Notes: generated by a model from the sequence alone, not told the origin. 64,000 bases of DNA from Candidatus Parendomicrobium reticulitermitis (GCA_031287095.1 JAITTG010000087.1:26023-90022), one strand, 5' to 3'; numbered from the stretch's first letter, positions 9,741 through 18,932 are shown. Made by a program: numbers and translations.

Positions 9741-9793
9741 AGCCTTCTTGCGCAACCAACACATAAAAATGGACGGACATTGTCATTCTGCGC
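9741..9793 (-). repeat. solo right-end fragment of the TIR-MITE family (see 30777, 32641, 59917)
   Basis: AGCCTTCTTGCGCAACCAACACATAAAAATGGACGGACATTGTCATTCTGCGC is the reverse complement of the conserved MITE right end. Similar solo ends at 2881-2929 and 19279-19330. Confidence 0.65.
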
Positions 9794-9828
9794 CCGTCTT
9801 TTATTTAAGCAACAAGCGCCGCTTTTGT

Positions 9829-10773
9829 TTATGGCAATAGATTGCCGCCGGCTATATATATCTCATACCACTCTTTGTGGGTTAGGCGGATGTCCGTTGC
9901 TTGAAAACAATCTTTTAGCCTTTCGGTTTTTGTTGTGCCTGTTACCACCTGCATATTGGCAGGGTGGCGTAAAATCCACGCTACCGCTATTGCGTTTTTG
10001 CTTACCGAGTATTTTTTTGCAATTTCGCCTAATTTTTCATTTAACGCCGGGAATTTCTCATTGTCTATAAAACTGCCTTGGAATAATCCCGTTTGCGCTA
10101 TTTGAAACGGCGACCATGTCTGTATTGTAATGTCTTTTATACGGCAATACTCCACTATGCCGCCGTCGCGGTCTATCGCTCTGTCCGTATAGGATTGATT
10201 GACATGCAAATCTTGAGAAAGCATTGTGCAGTTTGTAATGCTGAGCTGCAATTGATTGATGACAATTGGTTGTTTGACGAATTTCCTTAACAATTCAATC
10301 TGCATAGGTTTTTGATTTGATACGCCAAACCAACGGACTTTCCCGCTCGAATGAAGTTTGTCAAAAGCCTCTGCGACTTGTTCAGGTTCTACTAAAATGT
10401 CGGGGCGGTGAAGCAATAGAGCGTCAATATAATCAGTTTTCAACCTTTTTAAACTTGCATCCACAGAATTTATAATCTCGTCTTTTGAGAAATCAAAAGC
10501 AACTGTTTTCCCATCGCCTTTAACTATACCGCACTTTGTTTGGAAAATTACAGATTCTCTTTTGATTTTTGTTTCGGCAAATGCTTGACCGAATAATTCT
10601 TCGCACTTTCCTAATTGATAAACATTGGCATGGTCAAAAAAATTGAAGCCGTTATCAACGCAAAAAGAGATGAAATCTCCTAATTCTTTTGGACTTAATG
10701 TGTGAATACGCATACAACCTACTGCAATCGACGGGACTTCCAATGTAGAAGTTCCGAGTTTGATTTTTTTCAT
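9829..10773 (-). CDS. aldo/keto reductase family oxidoreductase
   Basis: 314 aa; N-terminal KLGTSTLEVPSIAVGCMRI, FDHANVYQ and LLHRPD motifs are typical of AKRs. Confidence 0.8.
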   Translation of the reverse strand: MKKIKLGTSTLEVPSIAVGCMRIHTLSPKELGDFISFCVDNGFNFFDHANVYQLGKCEELFGQAFAETKIKRESVIFQTKCGIVKGDGKTVAFDFSKDEIINSVDASLKRLKTDYIDALLLHRPDILVEPEQVAEAFDKLHSSGKVRWFGVSNQKPMQIELLRKFVKQPIVINQLQLSITNCTMLSQDLHVNQSYTDRAIDRDGGIVEYCRIKDITIQTWSPFQIAQTGLFQGSFIDNEKFPALNEKLGEIAKKYSVSKNAIAVAWILRHPANMQVVTGTTKTERLKDCFQATDIRLTHKEWYEIYIAGGNLLP

Positions 10774-10903
10774 TTCTGCCCCCTTATTATTTAATGAGTC
10801 TGTTTAAAAAACAATTTCCTTCTCTTGCCGTTGCGGGTCAAGCCCGCAATTGACAAACCAAAAGTCCGCAGCCCGCGATAGAAACAGGTTTTTAAAAAAT
10901 TTC

Positions 10904-11617
10904 TTAATCTATTCCAAAAAATATCTCTATTATCAAAATGGCGCCTATTCCTGCAAAAAACATCAATGGAACTTTGCGGTTTTTTGATTTATGCGTTTGC
11001 GGGATTAAATCGGCGGCTGATAAAAATATGAAAGAACCGGCAGTTATAGCAAGCAAAATACCGAGTAGAGATTGAGTGATTGAGTCAAATAATAATATTC
11101 CGATAATAGCGCCTATTGGAGTAAAAGCGGCTGTGATGCCTGAAATCAATAAAACTTTCTTTTTTGAATGACGCAAGTGGACTAAAATAGCGGATATTGT
11201 AATGCCGTCGGGCAATTTGTGCAATAAAATAGCCAAAGTTGTAAGAATACCCAGTTGAGAATTTGCCGAAAATCCCACGGCTATTATAAGACCGTCTATA
11301 AAAGAATGAAGCGATAAGCCGACTGTTGAGAAAGCGTCCGTATGTTTTATACATTCTCCGTCATGGCAAGGGTGAAATAACAATATGAATTGCAAGAAGA
11401 ACATAATCATAAAGCCTACTAATACATAAAAAGGAGCATCTTGATTTATCGCCGCTCCCTCTGGAATTAAGTGAATAAAAGCAAGGGCAATCATCACTCC
11501 CGCCGCAAAATTGATTAGAAATAAAGAATTTTTTTCAGACCAAGTATGAAATTTTAAAACGAGCAAAGCCCCAAGCAGCGAAGACAAAGCCGCTATTATT
11601 GAATATATTATTGCCAT
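10904..11617 (-). CDS. ZIP family divalent-metal transporter (ZupT-like)
   Basis: Polytopic protein with the HSFIDGLIIAVGF and HKLPDGITISAIL signature helices. Confidence 0.8.
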   Translation of the reverse strand: MAIIYSIIAALSSLLGALLVLKFHTWSEKNSLFLINFAAGVMIALAFIHLIPEGAAINQDAPFYVLVGFMIMFFLQFILLFHPCHDGECIKHTDAFSTVGLSLHSFIDGLIIAVGFSANSQLGILTTLAILLHKLPDGITISAILVHLRHSKKKVLLISGITAAFTPIGAIIGILLFDSITQSLLGILLAITAGSFIFLSAADLIPQTHKSKNRKVPLMFFAGIGAILIIEIFFGID

Positions 11618-11710
11618 TTAGATTTTTCTCCTATTTACCGCTATTGCGCTTGCCTCGCAATTTGTTTTTAATCTGTCATTATGGGCATGACCCGCAACTC
11701 CATCTGTCGT

Positions 11711-12325
11711 TTAGTCTATATCATTGCCGTGAGATTTCGGGAATGTCCTGCAATGACTACGAGAATTGATTGTTTTTATTATTAAAAAGATTGTTTGAAT
11801 TAGAATTAGCGCCGCTATTGCAAATGATAAATATAAATCCCATACAAAATTTTGAGTTTTTTCAATTATTATAGAGCCTGCCGCAATCAATATAGCAAGT
11901 AAAATATAACACAAACATTTTTTAAAATCCGCCTTATAACCTTTTCTTAAAATCACAGCGCAAATTAAAAAGACTATCGCCGCCGCAATCGCAAATTTTG
12001 CCGCTAAAAGAGCATTGAAAGAATATGGAGCGCCCAATTTATTTAAGAGTTTTGCGATTATTATGATTGAAAAGAAAATTGCGGCGGCGCTGTTTAAAAT
12101 CACCGCTTTTAATTGAGCGCCTTTGAATTCCGACGATGCTGTTATTGAGATATTCAAATCAAATTCTTTTGAGAATTCAATTAAAATGTCTAATGCGCAG
12201 GTGAAAATAAAAAGAGAAAAACTCATCAAAGCAAAACTTCTTGAAAAATAATAGCCCGCCGCGCTTGCAAAAATCAAAATAAACAAAAGTGTTAAAACGG
12301 CGGGCAATTTATGCGGTTGTTTCAT
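11711..12325 (-). CDS. hypothetical polytopic membrane protein
   Basis: ORF 11711..12382. The internal ATG at 12325 (MKQPHKLPAVLTLLF...) avoids overlap with pyk. Several hydrophobic helices, no recognisable family. Confidence 0.45.
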   Translation of the reverse strand: MKQPHKLPAVLTLLFILIFASAAGYYFSRSFALMSFSLFIFTCALDILIEFSKEFDLNISITASSEFKGAQLKAVILNSAAAIFFSIIIIAKLLNKLGAPYSFNALLAAKFAIAAAIVFLICAVILRKGYKADFKKCLCYILLAILIAAGSIIIEKTQNFVWDLYLSFAIAALILIQTIFLIIKTINSRSHCRTFPKSHGNDID

Positions 12326-12332
12326 AAAATCC

Positions 12333-13367
12333 TTATCTGATAGAGGGCAATCTATATATATTTTGTTCTGTAAACTTCGCAATATTTCTCATAGTTTCAA
12401 CAGTCTTGACGGGGTATTTGCCGACGGCAGTCTCGGCTGACAGCATTACAAAATTTGAACCGTCTATGATAGCATTTGCCACATCGCTTACTTCCGCTCT
12501 TGTAGGAATAGGATTTTCCGTCATACTTTCAAGCATTTGAGTGGCGGTGATTACAAAGATATTTCTTGAACGACACTTTTTGATTATATATTTTTGGACG
12601 ACAGGCACAGTCCAAATGGGTATTGATATGCCCATATCGCCTCTTGCCACCATCACGCCGTCTGCGACATCAAGAATGCCGGGAAGATTGTCTATGCCGC
12701 TTCTGTCTTCTATTTTTGCCACAAGTTTGCATTTTGTATTGCCTTGCTCCCTTAAAATCTCTTGGAGAGGCAGCATATCTTGAGCGTTTCTGACAAAAGA
12801 ATTGGCTACAAAATCCACATTATGCTTTAAAGCAAAAAGCATATTGTCTCTGTCTTTTGTTTCCATAGGAGCAAAAACCAATTTTGCCTGCGGGATATTC
12901 ACGCCTTTATGGGATTTTAAAATATAGTCCATACCGACTTCCGCCGTCAATTCGTCTTTTTTAGACGAAAGGACTCTTAAATGCAAATTGCCGTCGTCTA
13001 TAAAAATGTCCATACCTTTTTTGATTGCTGTAAAAGAGTCGTTATAATCTATATAAATACGCTTATTATCGCTTGAAACTTTTTTATTTGTTAAGACTAT
13101 TTTTTGATGTTTTTTTAGGGGGATTTTATCGTTTTTAAATTTGCCCAATCTTATTCTGTGTCCTTCAAGGTCTGCAAGGACTTTGATTTTTTCTTTGCGT
13201 CCTTTGTTTAAAGCGTTTATGAGTTTGAAAGTATGCTCATATTCTTCATAAGTTCCATGCGAAAAATTTAGACGGACCACTGTCATTCCTGCTTCTGCCA
13301 TTTTCTTTAAAGTTTGCAAGGAATTGGTTGATGGACCTAAAGTGCAAACTATTCCTGTTTGTTGCAT
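12333..13367 (-). CDS. pyk: pyruvate kinase, short form lacking the C-terminal regulatory domain
   Basis: TGIVCTLGPST...MTVVRLNFSHGT...MVARGDMGISIP motifs. Only 344 aa, against roughly 470 aa for typical bacterial enzymes. Confidence 0.85.
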   Translation of the reverse strand: MQQTGIVCTLGPSTNSLQTLKKMAEAGMTVVRLNFSHGTYEEYEHTFKLINALNKGRKEKIKVLADLEGHRIRLGKFKNDKIPLKKHQKIVLTNKKVSSDNKRIYIDYNDSFTAIKKGMDIFIDDGNLHLRVLSSKKDELTAEVGMDYILKSHKGVNIPQAKLVFAPMETKDRDNMLFALKHNVDFVANSFVRNAQDMLPLQEILREQGNTKCKLVAKIEDRSGIDNLPGILDVADGVMVARGDMGISIPIWTVPVVQKYIIKKCRSRNIFVITATQMLESMTENPIPTRAEVSDVANAIIDGSNFVMLSAETAVGKYPVKTVETMRNIAKFTEQNIYRLPSIR

Positions 13368-13600
13368 GCGTATATATCTCCTTTTTTCATATTTTCCTTT
13401 CTCCCGCTTTGCGTCCCTCGCTCTCTTTTCAAGGCATACTTTTCAAAATTCCTCTCCCGTAGGAGAGAGTGTCGCGAAGCAACGGGCGAGCGCTCCCATA
13501 TCCCCTATAGTCTTGCAGGTAATAGGGGGCTATTAACAACATTAAACCATTAGGGTTTGAGTATAGCGACCGACTTTAGTATCCCTTCTCCCGTTTTTTA
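13368..13600 (-). promoter_or_regulatory. composite repeat-built leader of pyk (one 82-nt two-hairpin element at 13501-13580 plus a purine-rich proximal module)
   Basis: Collinear, module by module, with the proS leader at 21513-21802. The proximal 45 nt is nearly identical to those of proS and the HD gene. Confidence 0.6.
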
Positions 13601-13689
13601 GTATAAAAAAGAGAAAAGAATAGAGGGAGAAGACGGAAATGATTTTACAACTTTATATTCTTTTCTCTTTCCTTTTTTATCCGCTCTTT

Positions 13690-14379
13690 TTATTTAATGG
13701 GTTTTATCCAAAATTCGCCGGTTTCCGTTCTGTATAGTAGATATGAGGATTTCGGAGGTTTTATTGGGTCTTGGAAAATTTTTTTATCGGGAGCGTCTAT
13801 GTTTTCAATTTCAAAATCATCGAATTTTTTCTTTTTTATATCGTATTCAACTATTCCGATAGCGTTTTGTTTGTCGTTTTTTGCGCAAAAATAGAGTTTA
13901 TTATTGTCTTTATTGAAATAAATATAATTTTCAAACATTTGAACCATATAGTCTTTTGAAATAAGAGTTTGTTGGTCATTGTCAGATAGAATTAAAAAGT
14001 AGTCCATGCTTGAATACTTTTGATTTGTATTATTAAAAATATTGGGCTTTATGATTTCAATAAATATCCCTTTGTCTATATCAATTCTATTATTATTTCT
14101 ATCATTGCGCGGTATAACTTGATTCCAATATGAATCTAATTGCGCCTCATTTAAGACCAATCTTTTTAAAGCGTTGTTTTCATATTTATAAATTCTACGC
14201 GAAATCTGTTCATCGCCTTCATAAGTCCAAGAGGCTACAAAAAGAGCGTCATTGATAATAGCATAACCTTGAAATTGGAAATTTGGATCGGCTTCCAATA
14301 ATTGTTTAGCGCTATCTTTGCTAAAAACAAAGGCGGATATAAGGATCAGAATTAATAATGCAGATAATGTTTTTTTCAT
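13690..14379 (-). CDS. hypothetical secreted protein
   Basis: 229 aa with an N-terminal signal peptide (MKKTLSALLILILISAFVFS); no family recognised. Confidence 0.5.
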   Translation of the reverse strand: MKKTLSALLILILISAFVFSKDSAKQLLEADPNFQFQGYAIINDALFVASWTYEGDEQISRRIYKYENNALKRLVLNEAQLDSYWNQVIPRNDRNNNRIDIDKGIFIEIIKPNIFNNTNQKYSSMDYFLILSDNDQQTLISKDYMVQMFENYIYFNKDNNKLYFCAKNDKQNAIGIVEYDIKKKKFDDFEIENIDAPDKKIFQDPIKPPKSSYLLYRTETGEFWIKPIK

Positions 14380-14389
14380 TTCTTTGATT

Positions 14390-15691
14390 TTAAACTATTT
14401 TAGAGGCTTCGTCAAAAGAGAGATTTCTTGATAAAGCGGCTTTTGCTATGTCTTCATATTCGGCTTTTGATTTTTTGACGCCGTAGCCTTGCCCGGTTTT
14501 GACTTTGATTTTGCCCAGATCGCTATCTTTTTGGCTGATTTTGCGTTCCAATATATATCTTTGACATACAGTTTTACGAATTCCAAAACTCGTTGTGTGT
14601 TTTAACATAAGAGCTGCAAAAAAGTCCGCTTTATCTATGGGACATAAGCATTCAAGCAAGAAAGCAGGGCGGGTTTTCTTCATATATATAGGTATAGTGA
14701 AAACATCTAATGCGCCATTTTTTAGCAAAATCTCTGATGCAAAACCGACTGCCTCGCCTGTCATATCGTCAAGATTGCAAGATAGTTGCGCGATTTCATC
14801 ATTATCTCCATTTGCCATTTCTGAATGCTCTCCACCTTGCATCGTTCCTGAATGCCCCCCCCCTTGCGTCATTCCCGAATGTCTCTGTCGGGAATTGTTT
14901 CCCACACCATAAAAAGCTCTAATGCAATTGGCAATGTCAAAATCTTTTTTTCCCATACCATAACCGATTTTTTCTATTGTCATCTGGGGCAGAGGTTCAA
15001 AATATTGGACAAAATGTTTGAGAATCGCCGCGCCTGTCGGGGTGCAAAGTTCTCCTTTTATTTGACTGCTATAAATTGGAATGCCTTGCAAAATTAAAGC
15101 GGACGCCGGCGCAGGAACTGGCAAAATGCCGTGCGCGCAATGAACAAAACCGCTTCCAACATTTATAGGCGACGCTATTATTTCATTGCAATCCAATATT
15201 TCCATAAGCAAACATACCGCTGTAATATCTGCAATAGCGTCTTTTTGACCTATTTCGTGAAAATGTATTTGTTCAACCGGGCGGTTATGAACTTTGCTTT
15301 CTGCCTCTGCAATGATTTTGTATATGGACAAAGCATTATCTTTTGATTTTTGAGATATTGGAAATGATAATAGTATTTTTTCTATATCGGCAAATCCGCT
15401 GCCGTGATGCCCTTTATGCTTATGAGTTTCATCATGATGAGAATGATGATGTTCGGCTTCTATATCAAAATCTTTTGCTATTTCTTCTTGCCCATCTATG
15501 CTCACATTCATAAGAGTTCCGTTAATAGCGCATTTTTGAGTTTTTTGGGCTGTGATTTTTACTCCGTCAAGACCGAGAGAATTGATTTTTTGCAAAAAGC
15601 CGTCTTTATCATCTATCAATTCAAACAAAGCCGCCGTTAACATATCGCCCGCCGCGCCCATAGAGCATTGTAAATAAAGAATTTTTTTCAC
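14390..15691 (-). CDS. larC: nickel-pincer cofactor nickel insertase LarC
   Basis: N-terminal CSMGAAGDM motif, His-rich stretch EAEHHHSHHDETHKHKGHHG, LarC/DUF111 architecture, adjacent to larB. Confidence 0.85.
   Translation of the reverse strand: MKKILYLQCSMGAAGDMLTAALFELIDDKDGFLQKINSLGLDGVKITAQKTQKCAINGTLMNVSIDGQEEIAKDFDIEAEHHHSHHDETHKHKGHHGSGFADIEKILLSFPISQKSKDNALSIYKIIAEAESKVHNRPVEQIHFHEIGQKDAIADITAVCLLMEILDCNEIIASPINVGSGFVHCAHGILPVPAPASALILQGIPIYSSQIKGELCTPTGAAILKHFVQYFEPLPQMTIEKIGYGMGKKDFDIANCIRAFYGVGNNSRQRHSGMTQGGGHSGTMQGGEHSEMANGDNDEIAQLSCNLDDMTGEAVGFASEILLKNGALDVFTIPIYMKKTRPAFLLECLCPIDKADFFAALMLKHTTSFGIRKTVCQRYILERKISQKDSDLGKIKVKTGQGYGVKKSKAEYEDIAKAALSRNLSFDEASKIV
14808..14895 (+). 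repeat. hairpin-repeat insertion (GTCATTCCCGAATGTCTCTGTCGGGAAT) plus three 27-nt half-repeat units and a C9/G9 tract, all in frame inside larC
   Basis: 14868-14895 matches the intergenic copies at 30962 and 49797 almost perfectly. It is translated on the minus strand as NSRQRHSGMTQ-GGG-HSGTMQGGE-HSEMANG. Homopolymer at 14855-14863. Confidence 0.8.
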
Positions 15692-16458
15692 TTTGCGCTC
15701 TCCATTTTATTGATTAAACTCGCTATATATCCCGCGCCAAAACCATTGTCTATATTTACCACAGACACTCCATTAGCGCAAGAATTAAGCATAGAAAGCA
15801 AAGCGGAAATCCCGCCGAAATTAGCGCCATAACCTACGCTTGTAGGAACTGCTATCACAGGACAAGAAACAAGCCCGCCTATTACTGTTGCAAGAGCGCC
15901 TTCCATACCTGCAACTGCCACAATAGCGCGGGCTTTTACCAAAATATCTTGTTTTGATAAAAGTCTATGTAATCCTGCAACGCCCACATCATAAAGCCGT
16001 TCAACGCGATTCCCCAAAACTTCAGCCGTGATTGCCGCTTCTTCGCAAACTGACATATCGCTTGTGCCGCCTGAGGCTATTACTATCAACCCTTTTTGCT
16101 CTTTTTGCGCATATTTTGCAATACCGAGCGACGCTATCGGCGCGTATCTTAAATCTATATTTTGCGAGATTAAAAAATCCGCAGTTTTTTGAGAAATGCG
16201 CGTGATTAGAATATCCGTTAAACCCTTATCAAGCATATTTAAGACAATTTTTTTGATTTGTTCGTCGGTTTTATTTTTTCCATAAATCACCTCCCCTATG
16301 CCTTGCCGTAAGCCCCGATGATAATCAATATTGGCAAAACCCAAATCCTCAAAAGGCTGGACTTGGAGTTTAAGCAAAGCGTCATCGGCAGAAATTTTGC
16401 CGTCCGAGACGCTTTGTAATAATTTTAAGATTTCTTCTTTGTTATTTGATTTTGGCAT
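15688..16458 (-). CDS. larB: nickel-pincer cofactor biosynthesis protein LarB (PurE-like NaAD carboxylase/hydrolase)
   Basis: 256 aa with a C-terminal AIR-carboxylase-like fold (IVIASGGTSDMSV..., VAGMEGALATVIGG). 4-nt overlap with larC. Confidence 0.85.
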   Translation of the reverse strand: MPKSNNKEEILKLLQSVSDGKISADDALLKLQVQPFEDLGFANIDYHRGLRQGIGEVIYGKNKTDEQIKKIVLNMLDKGLTDILITRISQKTADFLISQNIDLRYAPIASLGIAKYAQKEQKGLIVIASGGTSDMSVCEEAAITAEVLGNRVERLYDVGVAGLHRLLSKQDILVKARAIVAVAGMEGALATVIGGLVSCPVIAVPTSVGYGANFGGISALLSMLNSCANGVSVVNIDNGFGAGYIASLINKMESAK

Positions 16459-16738
16459 TTGAATGTTTTGTTATGATTGCATTGATTATTTTGTATAAGA
16501 CGAAGAGTAATATTAAACCGACGATTCCTGCGCAGATATTGGACAAAGCGTTTTCTTTCATAAAAGGCATTGTATAATCGGTAAATATAGCGGTAGATTC
16601 TTCTACGCTTTGAGCAAAACCCATTTTAGCGGCTAAGAATTCTAGAGTGTCGGGCAAACCTGAAGCAAAAAGGCTTGCCAAAATAACTACCGCTATTGGA
16701 AAGGCATAAGCAAGCGCTTTTTTATTTATTTTCTTCAT
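16442..16738 (-). CDS. PDGLE-domain small membrane protein (CbiN/NikN-like partner of CbiM)
   Basis: 98 aa with two TM segments and an LPDTLE motif. Overlaps both cbiM and larB. Confidence 0.6.
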   Translation of the reverse strand: MKKINKKALAYAFPIAVVILASLFASGLPDTLEFLAAKMGFAQSVEESTAIFTDYTMPFMKENALSNICAGIVGLILLFVLYKIINAIITKHSNAKIK

Positions 16739-17414
16739 CCTGTCCTCCCATAATGTTATAAAAAACCTTTAATAAGACAATAGTGATTGCGCTTTCTAAA
16801 ACGGCAAAAACCAAATGAAGCCTCATCATATCGGAAAAAGCGCCCATAAAAGAGATTTTTCCCGACATTGACAACTCAAACAAACAAAATAAAGCCGCCA
16901 TCATCACAGAGAAAAAGCAAGCCGCGCAGACTGCCAAATAACAATTTTTTTCTTTCAACGCTTTGTATATATAATATGAGAGAAAAGAGCCTACAAAAGC
17001 CATATTCAATATATTTGCGCCAAGCGCAAGAATGCCGCCGTCTCCAAAAAAGAAAGATTGAACTATTAAGACTGAAGAAATTACTAAAACGCCCGCAAAA
17101 GGACCAACCAAAACCGCCGCAAAAACGCCGCCTATAAGATGAGCGGAAGTTGAAGATTGTATAGGTATATTAAACATCTGAAAAGCAAAAATCCAAATAG
17201 CGATAATGGCAAGTTTTTGAAAATACTGCTTTGCGCTTTTAGTAAAAGCCAAATGCCCGCCTGCAATTTTTTGACCATTGTTTCCTGCCAAAACGCCTAC
17301 CAAAACCGTTACTGCTTTTAAAACTTTACTAAAACAATATCCTAAAATACCCACTGCGCCCGCAAGCAACCCGCTTGCAAGATTACTGTTTAAAAATCCA
17401 TCTGGAATGTGCAT
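16722..17414 (-). CDS. cbiM: CbiM/NikM-type ECF substrate-capture subunit (Ni/Co uptake)
   Basis: Canonical MHIPDGFL N-terminus; polytopic membrane protein. Confidence 0.85.
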   Translation of the reverse strand: MHIPDGFLNSNLASGLLAGAVGILGYCFSKVLKAVTVLVGVLAGNNGQKIAGGHLAFTKSAKQYFQKLAIIAIWIFAFQMFNIPIQSSTSAHLIGGVFAAVLVGPFAGVLVISSVLIVQSFFFGDGGILALGANILNMAFVGSFLSYYIYKALKEKNCYLAVCAACFFSVMMAALFCLFELSMSGKISFMGAFSDMMRLHLVFAVLESAITIVLLKVFYNIMGGQDEENK

Positions 17415-17557
17415 GCTAAACCTCCATTTATTTTTTATTTACCGCTAATTCCCGCTTGTGCGTTTGACCCGCAACCTGCTTTTAAGCCGCCGCCTGCAGG
17501 TAAGACCTACAATCTCCTATATTATGCGGAGAGAGCAATGACGACAATACTTTTGCC

Positions 17558-18391
17558 TTATGCTTTATTGGCTTGTATTACATCTTTTGAAAGCGTTTCA
17601 TTCATACTTCCGCTACGATAACCCAAGATGTCCATAGTTATATAAGTAAAACCTATTTTTTTAAATTCATCATGTACTTTCTTGCGGTTTTGAAGAGCGC
17701 AAATCAGCGAAAAACCAGATTCGTCAGTCTCAATTCTTGCAAGATTATTGTGCATTCTCACTCTAACTTGTCTTATGCCCATATCCAAAAGAAATTGTTC
17801 GGCTTTGTCTATCATAGACAATTTTTCGGGCGTGATTTCTTCTCCATAGGGAAAACGAGAAGATAGGCATGCAAAAGATTGTTTATTCCAAGTGGAAAGC
17901 CCAAGTTCTTTTGAAAGAGTTCTGATTTCTTCTTTATTAAGTTGGGCAAAACGCAAAGGACTTTTGATTCCTTTTTCCGCAATAGCCTTTAAGCCGGGGC
18001 GAAAGTCGCCATTATCGTCCATATTGGAGCCTTCAAAAATATTGTCTATTTTATTTTGGACGGCTATGTCTTGGATTTTGGAAAACAATTCAGATTTGCA
18101 CAGATAACATCTATTGATAGGATTGCGGGAAAAGCCTTCTATATCTAATTCTTCGCTATCTACAATTATATGTTTGACGCCCTCTTTTTTGCAAAAAGCA
18201 ATAGTCTCATTTAATTCTCTTTGCGGAAAAGAGCAAGAACGGGCGGTGATTGCAATAGTCTTATCTCCCAAAATGTCATGGCTTACTTTTAATAAAAAAG
18301 TGGAATCCACTCCTCCGGAAAACGCCACAGCGGCATTCCCGCAAGATGATATATATTCCCGCAATTTTTGTTCTTTTTGGCTTATGTCCAT
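17558..18391 (-). CDS. larE: ATP-dependent sacrificial sulfur transferase LarE
   Basis: ORF 17558..18502. Likely start MDISQKEQKL at 18391. PP-loop AVAFSGGVDSTFLL and CYLCK motif; size (277 aa) fits LarE. Confidence 0.8.
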   Translation of the reverse strand: MDISQKEQKLREYISSCGNAAVAFSGGVDSTFLLKVSHDILGDKTIAITARSCSFPQRELNETIAFCKKEGVKHIIVDSEELDIEGFSRNPINRCYLCKSELFSKIQDIAVQNKIDNIFEGSNMDDNGDFRPGLKAIAEKGIKSPLRFAQLNKEEIRTLSKELGLSTWNKQSFACLSSRFPYGEEITPEKLSMIDKAEQFLLDMGIRQVRVRMHNNLARIETDESGFSLICALQNRKKVHDEFKKIGFTYITMDILGYRSGSMNETLSKDVIQANKA

Positions 18392-18932
18392 TTTTATTAC
18401 TTCCAATGTTTGTATATCATTAATTGACTGGCGGGATAATAGCAAAAAGCCTTGTAAAAGACAAACAAACTGCATTCTATAATTATGCCTACACAAACAC
18501 ACCTCTTGCCATCAGGCATGTTGAAGGGATTATTGCAGTGGAACGCAAAAATAGTAGAAAATTCAGCGTGATGAACGCAGTTTGCATATTAGATTCTGAC
18601 CCATAGGATGCGCAACAATTTACCCAAAAAATGAAAAAAATCCTATACTTATGTAAAAAAATAAATGATATGATATATAAATATACTATGGGCGTATAAA
18701 TATATAAATATGGGGGGTTTACGATATAATAGTTAAACATTAAATTGGACGATGTTGTAATGCAAAGGCTGGCAATATTGCCAAACTTACTGACAGGATA
18801 AAAACTTATTATGCCAAACAAGCAATTATACAGCATTTAGAAGATTTAAAAGATGGGGCAAGAGCGGAAGGAGAGATTGAAAGAATTGCCATAGGGTAAG
18901 AATAGGTTTATTCGTATGGATTATGAAAGAAA

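Noticed and set aside
13420-13450. Calling sigma-70 promoters from the TTGAAA hexamers in the shared leader (TTTGAAAAGYATGCCTTGAAAAG; also 21728-21750)
   Set aside because: No acceptable -10 hexamer lies at 16-18 nt spacing from either TTGAAA. A promoter cannot be supported from sequence alone.
17415-17557. Ni/Co-responsive riboswitch upstream of cbiM
   Set aside because: The spacer consists of recognisable dispersed repeat pieces (…TTGACCCGCAAC…, …GCCGCCGCCTGCAGG…). I could not identify any conserved riboswitch core.
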